NCBI GenBank assembly: GCA_041393015.1
Contig: JAWKKV010000013.1
Coordinates: 3,255 to 67,254, forward strand
DNA from: Chitinophagales bacterium
GTDB lineage: Bacteria; Bacteroidota; Bacteroidia; Chitinophagales; JADIYW01
Length of the DNA stretch: 64,000 nucleotides
Direction: 5' to 3'
The position numbers were made by a program, and so were the translations under genes. Positions 57,052 to 64,000 of the stretch are shown piece after piece; position 1 is the stretch's first letter; each line of letters opens with the position of its first letter. The notes below the pieces were generated by a model. That model was given only the letters and a program-made list of their open reading frames with translations, did no database searches and was not told the DNA's origin.

Positions 57052-59914
57052 ATACAATGGTGTCAATTGGGTGGCTGAACAAAAATTGATTGCTTCAGAT
57101 GGAGCATCAGGAGATGCATTCGGCAGTGCTGTGGCTATTTCCGGCAATTGGGCCATTGTTGGTGCAATCTTCGATGACGATATTGTAAATTCGAGTGGTT
57201 CCGCTTATCTATATTTTTATAATGGTAGCACTTGGACCGAATTTCAAAAGATTACCGCCTCTAATCCGGGCTTCAATAACAAATTTGGATTTTCTGTTTC
57301 AATTTCTGGAAATTTTGCAGTGGTAGGAGCTAATACTGCCGGTGGACCATTCTTATCTACTGGTGGGGCGGCATATGTATTTCAGTATAATGGTAGCATT
57401 TGGGAGCAGATTCAAATTGTACAACCTGCAGATATTCAAACATTAGATAATTTTGGATTTAGCGTTGATATAGTTGGCGATAAATTTGTTGTTGGCTCAA
57501 ATGTTGACGACGATAATGGAAATGCGAGTGGATCAGCATACGTTTATAAATATAATGGTTCAATTTTTATTCAAGAACAAAAACTAACTGCAATAGATGG
57601 AGCTGCAAACGATCAATATGGTGTAAGTGTGGCCATAGGTAAAGATATTATTGTTGTTGGCGCAAATTTAGATGATAGTCCTGCTACAGATGCGGGATCT
57701 ATTTATATATATGATTTTAATGGATCTAGTTGGGTTCATAATTTAAAAATTGCTGCAACCGATCAAAATTCATCCGATAATTTGGGCACCACAGTATCCA
57801 TTTCAAATAAACGTATTATTGCTGGAAGTGGTTATGATGATGCTCCTCTGCCAAATAGTGGTTCAATTTATATTTACAATTTTGATGGTTCTACTTGGGA
57901 AGAAGGTATCAAAGTAACTGCTTCTGATGCTAATTCAAATGACTTTTATGGAAATTCTGCATCGATATCTGGAGAATGGATTGTGACAGGTGCAGCTTTT
58001 AATGATGACTTTGCTTCCAGCACTGGTTCTGCATATTTCATTAAAGCTGCTCCAGCAGATATCTACAGCCCTCAGGCAATTGATGCCTGCGATTCTGTTC
58101 AAATCAATGGAATCTGGTATTCAGAATCGCAAATCGTTAGAGATACTTTTGCTATTGATGCTTGTCAGGATTCAATTGTGGTCACAGAACTCAACCTCTC
58201 AAGTAATTGTGAGGTAACAGAACTATGTGAAATACAAAGAATATTTGCTTCTGATCCGGGGGTAAATGATGATTATGGAGATGCTATTTCAATCTATGGT
58301 GATTTAGCTATCGTTGGGGTACAATTAAACGATGATGGTGGAACGAGTAGCGGTTCTGCTTATATTTTAAGAAAAAGTGGCGGTGTTTGGACACAAGAAA
58401 CAAAGTTAGTGGCATTTGATGATGCCGCTGATGATAGATTCGGCATAGATGTAGCCATAGCTGAAAATATAGCCATTGTAGGCGCTCCCTTAGATGATGA
58501 TGATGGGGCAAATAGCGGTTCCGTATATATTTATAAATACAATGGAAGCACTTGGAATTTAGATATAAAATTGGTGGCATTTGATGCAACTGCTGGAGAT
58601 CAATTTGGTATAAGTGTTGATTTATCAGGGAATACTTTAGTAGTGGGGGCGAGTAGTGATGATGATGGCGCTTCTAATAATGGATCTGTTTATATCTATA
58701 ATTACGACGGTACCAATTGGAATTTTACTCAAAAAGTAGATCCTACCATTAACATTGTAAATGGATATTTTGGAAGTTCCATTGATTTGTCAGGCGATAG
58801 AATGATTGTTGGTGCCACATGGCCATTGTCTATAGGAGCAGCGCATATCTTCGATTTTAATGGCACGTCATGGGTGGAAACGCAAAGACTATTGGCGTCC
58901 GATGGTGGAACGGCTGACAATTTTGGTGGTACGGTATCTCTTTCGGGTAATTTTGCTGTAATTGGAGCTAGTTCAGATGATGATTTAGGAACTAATTCAG
59001 GTTCCGCATATGTTTTTGAATTCAATGGCAGTAGCTGGTCTCAAATCAATAAATTTCTTCCTACCGACCCTCCAAATAGCATTGATCTTTTTGGCAGCTC
59101 TGTCACCATTGAAGCTAATAAAATGTTGATTGGATGCCCCGGGGAGGATGGTCCAAATTCAGGTGCTGTTTATTTTTATCAATATGATGGTTCTACATGG
59201 AGTTTTACTGAAAAAATATTGGCTGTCGCAACATCTGGAAATTTAGGCTCAGCTGTAGACATATCGGGCGATAACTTTATGTTAGGTGCTTCTGAGACAC
59301 CAACTGGTGGAGCAGTGTTTTTCTATGAAGCTTGCTTACCTGATGTTGTTATATATGAAGATCGTGCAGCTTGCGACTCTGTTCAAATTGGTGGAACATG
59401 GTATGCTGAAAATGCACTTGTCTATGATACAATTAGTGGAAGCTTAACGGATTCTATTTATATCATCAACTTAGAAATTGAAGATTGCAACGCTTCTGTT
59501 TTTTGCACATTTAATCAAGTACTCTCAAACGATGATGATGCAGTGGATTATTTTGGTGTTTCTTTTGCCGTTTTTGAGAATACCGCCGTTGTTGGTGCAA
59601 GATTAGACGATGAGAATGGAGCAAATGCCGGTGCCGCTTATGTCTTCAATTATGATGGAACCAATTGGGTTCAAGCGCAAAAAATATTGCCGGGTGATGT
59701 TATTGCCGGAGATTTATTTGGATCTGATGTGGCTATTTACAATGATGTTATGGCCATTAGCCAAATTGGTAGTTTAAATGATGTAGCTGATTTTAGATCG
59801 GTATATATCTATCGATACAATGGTTCATCTTGGGTACAAGAACAAAAGATTGCACCCTATGGAAACAGTGCAGACTATTTTGGAAGGAATTGGAAGTTTA
59901 TGGAGATTATCTGA
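56996..59914 (+). CDS. giant surface protein, segment 2 (frame 2): rest of propeller 2, propeller 3 and the start of propeller 4
   Basis: 972-aa ORF. Repeat homology resumes at about 57044 (IYRYNGVNWVAEQKL), continuing the blade broken at 57051. It has no signal peptide of its own. Confidence 0.6.
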   Translation: MEQKVIIIVALQVGLLIYRYNGVNWVAEQKLIASDGASGDAFGSAVAISGNWAIVGAIFDDDIVNSSGSAYLYFYNGSTWTEFQKITASNPGFNNKFGFSVSISGNFAVVGANTAGGPFLSTGGAAYVFQYNGSIWEQIQIVQPADIQTLDNFGFSVDIVGDKFVVGSNVDDDNGNASGSAYVYKYNGSIFIQEQKLTAIDGAANDQYGVSVAIGKDIIVVGANLDDSPATDAGSIYIYDFNGSSWVHNLKIAATDQNSSDNLGTTVSISNKRIIAGSGYDDAPLPNSGSIYIYNFDGSTWEEGIKVTASDANSNDFYGNSASISGEWIVTGAAFNDDFASSTGSAYFIKAAPADIYSPQAIDACDSVQINGIWYSESQIVRDTFAIDACQDSIVVTELNLSSNCEVTELCEIQRIFASDPGVNDDYGDAISIYGDLAIVGVQLNDDGGTSSGSAYILRKSGGVWTQETKLVAFDDAADDRFGIDVAIAENIAIVGAPLDDDDGANSGSVYIYKYNGSTWNLDIKLVAFDATAGDQFGISVDLSGNTLVVGASSDDDGASNNGSVYIYNYDGTNWNFTQKVDPTINIVNGYFGSSIDLSGDRMIVGATWPLSIGAAHIFDFNGTSWVETQRLLASDGGTADNFGGTVSLSGNFAVIGASSDDDLGTNSGSAYVFEFNGSSWSQINKFLPTDPPNSIDLFGSSVTIEANKMLIGCPGEDGPNSGAVYFYQYDGSTWSFTEKILAVATSGNLGSAVDISGDNFMLGASETPTGGAVFFYEACLPDVVIYEDRAACDSVQIGGTWYAENALVYDTISGSLTDSIYIINLEIEDCNASVFCTFNQVLSNDDDAVDYFGVSFAVFENTAVVGARLDDENGANAGAAYVFNYDGTNWVQAQKILPGDVIAGDLFGSDVAIYNDVMAISQIGSLNDVADFRSVYIYRYNGSSWVQEQKIAPYGNSADYFGRNWKFMEII

Positions 59915-60436
59915 TGGTATCATTATAAGGATGAATTTGGCGCTGGCATTGATGAACATTATGTCAATGTATATCATTTTGATGGCAGTACTTGGTCATT
60001 ATTCAAACCTTACAACCCACTGATGTTAGGACCCGGCGATCCATTTGGATTTGCCATATCTATGTCGGAAACCACTGCCTTTATTGGCTGTTATACCTGT
60101 GATGGAAATGTAGGTGCTGCTTATGTGTATGACTTTAATGGCACTACTTGGAGCCTATCTCAAAAATTAACCGATGGGGCGGCAGTTTCAGGTGACTGGT
60201 TCGGGAATTCCGTTGATATATTTGGCGATCGAGCGATTATAGGATCATTACAATGATGAAATAGGAGGGAAAGTGGCGCAGGTTCAGCTTATATATATAC
60301 CTATAATGGATCATCATGGGTGGCACAACAGAAATTAACAGCACCTAATCCTACAGCTGGATACAGGTTTGGAAGTGCTGTGGATATATCCGGTGATTAT
60401 GCAGTGATGGGGAAAGCAACGAAAGTTCCATTATAG
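59915..60436 (+). pseudogene. degenerate stretch of propeller 4 with three in-frame stops and local frame slips
   Basis: Frame 2 has TGA at 59912-59914 and TGA TGA at 60254-60259. The blade consensus is recovered only by reading 59884-59922 in frame 1 (KELEVYGDYLMVS) and 60243-60270 in frame 0 (DHYNDEIGG). Frame 2 ends at the TAG at 60434-60436. Confidence 0.55.
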
Positions 60437-63400
60437 CCAACAATGGAGCGGCGTATGTTTTTAAATACAATGGCAGTGCTTTCGTAGAGTTGGATAAATT
60501 AATGGCATTTGATGCGGAAACTTTTGACTTTTTTGGCTATGATGTGGATATAGCAGGAGAACATATTTTGGTAAGTGCCATCAATGGTGGACCAAATGGA
60601 TCAGGAGCGCTGTATCATACTATTGCTCAAGCTACTAACTATACTTATGACACTACTTTTGTAGCCTCATGCGATTCAGCTTTTATTAGAGGGCAGTGGT
60701 ATGATTCAGCACAAACCATTATTGATACTTTATATGGAGGTGATATTAATTGTGAGGATTCTATTTACGTAATCAATTTCAGTATCCTTGAAAATATTAT
60801 TAATTCACAAGCAATCGACGCTTGCGATTCTGCTTTAGTGAATGGTAATTGGTATTTCGAAACTCAGATCGTAATTGACACTTTTGAAGCTGCCAATGGT
60901 TGCAGTGATTCAATTGTAACAAGAGATATTACAATTGCTAATTGCACTATTGATGACTATTGTATTAAAGAAAAAATCTTAGCTAGTGATGCTGCTTTGG
61001 GAGATGAGTTTGGGGAGTTTGTTGATATTTTTGGAGATTGGGCAATTGCGGGAGCTTATAAGAATGATGATGCAGGTACCAGTAGTGGAGCTGCATATCT
61101 GCTTAGAAGATCTGGAGGAAACTGGGTTGAAACTCAAAAAATAACAGCATCGGATGCCGCTGCCAATGACTGGTTTGGAAATGATGTTGCTATTAATGGG
61201 AATTATGCTGTAGTAGGAGCACCAGGTGATGATGATTTGGGAAGTAGTTCTGGCTCCATTTATATATTTGAATACAATGGGGTATCATGGGTGCAATCAC
61301 AAAAAATTACGCAGCCTAGCGGTTCAAACAAGTTCTTTGGTATTGCTGTTGATATTTCAGGAACACATTTAGCAGTTGGTGCTTGGGGAGTTGATGATAA
61401 TGGCACTGACAACGGTGCTGCCTATATCTATGCATTTGATGGTACTTCATGGGTATTGAAACAAGAATTATCGGTTACGGTATTGCCAGGACAAACCTCA
61501 CAGGCTTTTGGTAACCATATAGCCATTGAAGGAAATAAAGTGCTTGTAGGTGCCTTTGGTGATATTCAGAATGGAACTTATTCAGGAGCCGCGTATGTTT
61601 TTAAATATGATGGATTGACGTGGATAGAGGAACAAAAGCTTGTCGCATCTGATGGAGCTGCCTTTTACGGCTTTGGCAGAGGTTTGGATTTGACTGAGGA
61701 TTATGCTGTTATTTCCAGTAGGTCTGATGCAACAGCGGGGAATTCAGCCGGTTCAGCATATGTTTTTTATTTTAATGGAACAGCCTGGGTGCAACAGCAA
61801 AAATTGTTACCTACAGAATTAGAAACCTTTGATGTTTTTGGTTCAGGGGTAGCCATTTCAAATGACTATATAACCGTAAATGCGCCTGGAGATGATGATG
61901 CAGGATCTAATGTCGGAGCCAATTATATTTATAAAAGAAGTGGAAGTACTTGGAGCAAAATAAACAAAATTCTTCCAATTCCAGTTACTGGAACTAGTTT
62001 TGGAACTGCTGTGGCGATGTCTGGTAACTCAATCATACTTGGAACGGTTAATGATAATGAGTTATTCAATTCTAATGGAGCTGTATATTTTTTAGAACCT
62101 TCATTGGATCCAATTGTTGATTCTGTAGTGGTAATCGCTTGTGATTCAGCTATAATAAATGGAAATACCTATTCTAGTTCACAAATTATAGTGGATACAA
62201 TTGCTTTTGAATTATGTCAAGATTCTATTATTGTAACTGACCTTATCATTTATAACTCTTATACTATTTTAGATACTGTTGTGGCCTGTGATTCGGCATT
62301 AGTGAATGGTAATTACTATTCTTCCACGCAAATGGTTTATGACACTTTTTCCACTGCAAGTCTTTGTGATTCAGTTATCATCACTGATGTAACCATCAAT
62401 AATGCCTTTGAAGTGTATGATACCATAGTTTCTTGTGATTCAGTGTTGATTAATGGCACTTATTATAATAGTAGCCAAACCGTTTATGATACTTTATTAT
62501 CTGCTACCAATTGCGATTCAATTGTCATAACCACTTTAACCATCCTACAAAATATTATCACTCCACAAGCCATTGATGCGTGTGATTCTACTTTGATCAA
62601 TGGTAATTGGTACTTTACAACTCAAATTATCTATGATACATTTTCATTGGTTGGATGTAACGATTCTATTGTTATAACAGACCTTGATGTAGCTGATTGT
62701 GAGATTCAAGACTATTGTGAAACGGATTACCTAACAGCATCAGGAGGTCCAAATGGTGATAGATATGGAAAATCAATAGCCATTTCTGGTGAATGGGCTA
62801 TTTCGGGAACATTATTAGACGATGATCAAGGAACGGATGCAGGTGCAGCTTATATTCTGCGTAAAGTGGGGAATGTTTGGACAGAGTTTCAAAAACTGAC
62901 CGCTTCAGATGGGCTGGCCAATGATCAATTTGGAGAACAGGTTTCACTATCCGGAAACGTGGCAATAATTTCAGCAGACGGGCGCGATGATAATGGAAGT
63001 TTTAGCGGTGCAGCATATGTTTTCCGTTTTAATGGAGTTAATTGGGTACAAGAGCAAAAACTATTAGCTTTTGACGGTATTGCTAACGACGGTTTTGGTA
63101 GTGATGTTTCTGTTTCTGGCGAATTTCTAGCAGTAGGGTCTTTTGGAGATGATGATCTTGGTAGCGGAAGTGGATCGGTCTATATTTATCAATACAATGG
63201 AAGTTTATGGAGTTTAAATCAGAAAGTCACTTCTTCTGACGGTGCCGCATTTGATCAGTTTGGATTTCGACTTGACATTTCGGGCGATAGATTAATTGTT
63301 GCTGCTAATGGTGATGACGACAATGGATCTAGTTCTGGATCTGCTTATATATTTGATTATAACGGTATCACTTGGAGTCAAACAGCTAAACTTATAGCAT

Positions 63401-64000
63401 CCGATGGTGAGGCAAATGATTTCTTTGGAGATGATGTGGCTTTATCTAATGATCGTGCAGTTGTCGGAGCTCGTCGAGAGGATGGGGCTGGAACAAACAA
63501 CGGAAGTGCTTACGTTTATATGTATAATGGAACAAATTGGAGTGAAGAACAAAAGATCATAGCATCTGATGCAGCTGCAAATGACGAATTTGGAACTTCA
63601 GTTGCTATAGCGGGACAGTATATCGTAGCCTCAAGTCCTAATGATAATTCTAATGGAGCTACAAGTGGTTCTGCCTACATTTATAAATTCGATGGATCTT
63701 CTTGGATCGAACTACAAAAATTAATTTCCTCGAATACTACAGTTAATGACCAATTTGGAAATGCAGTAGCGATTAGTGATAATGATATTGCCATAGGCGC
63801 AGAACTAGATGATCCAAATGGTACTGGCAGTGGTTCCGTTACTTTCTTTGAGCCATCTGATTTAGATATAATTGTAAATGTCAATCAACAAGCTTGTGAT
63901 TCTGCATTAATAAGTGGTGTTTGGTATGTTACTTCTCAAATAGTAAATGATACAGTAGTGGATGCCGGTGCGAATTGTGCAGATTCTATTTATGTAATCG
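60397..64000 (+). CDS. giant surface protein, segment 3 (frame 1), open to the window end: end of propeller 4, linkers, propellers 5 and 6
   Basis: My own translation shows no stop from 60397 to 64000. The first ATG is at 60502. It is not in the ORF track because it runs off the window. It carries the same blade and linker motifs. Confidence 0.7.
62105..62725 (+). repeat. four tandem copies of the ~45-aa two-Cys linker module (coding)
   Basis: The copies start VIACDSAIINGNTY.., VVACDSALVNGNYY.., IVSCDSVLINGTYY.. and AIDACDSTLINGNWY... Each is followed by Q.....DT......C.DSI..T.L.I. Confidence 0.85.

Noticed and set aside
59912-59914. In-frame TGA as a possible selenocysteine or programmed read-through site
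   Set aside because: The codons around it (RNWKFMEII-TGA-WYH) do not fit the blade consensus, whereas a shifted frame does. An indel pair explains it better, and no SECIS-like hairpin is evident.
59820-60023. 67-aa plus-strand ORF (MVHLGYKNKRL..) across the degenerate blade region
   Set aside because: It is in the frame that never matches the FG-GAP blade consensus, so it is a by-product of the local disruptions.
1-64000. Prophage, integrative element or defense island
   Set aside because: There are no integrase, transposase, phage structural, restriction-modification, toxin-antitoxin or cas-like genes. The PIF1-like helicase at 46130-47869 stands alone among metabolic genes.

Overview
This is an AT-rich chromosomal window that reads like a Bacteroidota (Flavobacteriia-like) genome. 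The hallmarks are a T9SS C-terminal sorting domain, SprB repeats, TAnnTTTG -7 boxes and a GNAT + argG-argC-argD-argF' cluster. About 50 protein genes can be supported. Ordinary content: rpe (partial), lgt, an NRAMP transporter, the arg cluster, a TamA/TamB pair, a RimK-desuccinylase-protease triad, HMG-CoA lyase, acyl-CoA dehydrogenase, ilvE, rdgB, pyrE, a NUDIX hydrolase, a PIF1-like helicase and an SDR/APH/DUF1330/SDR group. There is also a photolyase-accessory cluster (DUF2256, TIGR03643, two flavin reductases, a FAD-binding photolyase-like protein, SDRs) and two ECF sigma modules, each followed by membrane or beta-barrel partners. I recognised no rRNA, tRNA, CRISPR array, transposase or integrase. 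The unusual items are: (i) A 65-aa signal-peptide protein made of five perfect ISIIDPNE nonapeptide repeats whose DNA copies differ only synonymously. It lies divergent from a 527-aa helical protein inside a gene-poor 3.4 kb stretch. (ii) A gene longer than 10 kb (53665 to beyond the window end). It encodes a signal peptide, a Gly-rich GC island and at least six seven-bladed FG-GAP-like propellers separated by a ~45-aa two-Cys linker module present in 1,1,1,1,2,4 copies. Six frame disruptions interrupt it. (iii) A 1033-aa T9SS cargo protein with a sphingomyelinase-like EEP domain. (iv) A 1.27 kb ORF-free gap. (v) Families of short intergenic word repeats, GCGNAGC-core palindromes and an 8-bp tandem repeat. 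All functional calls come from reading motifs by eye. No database search was run.
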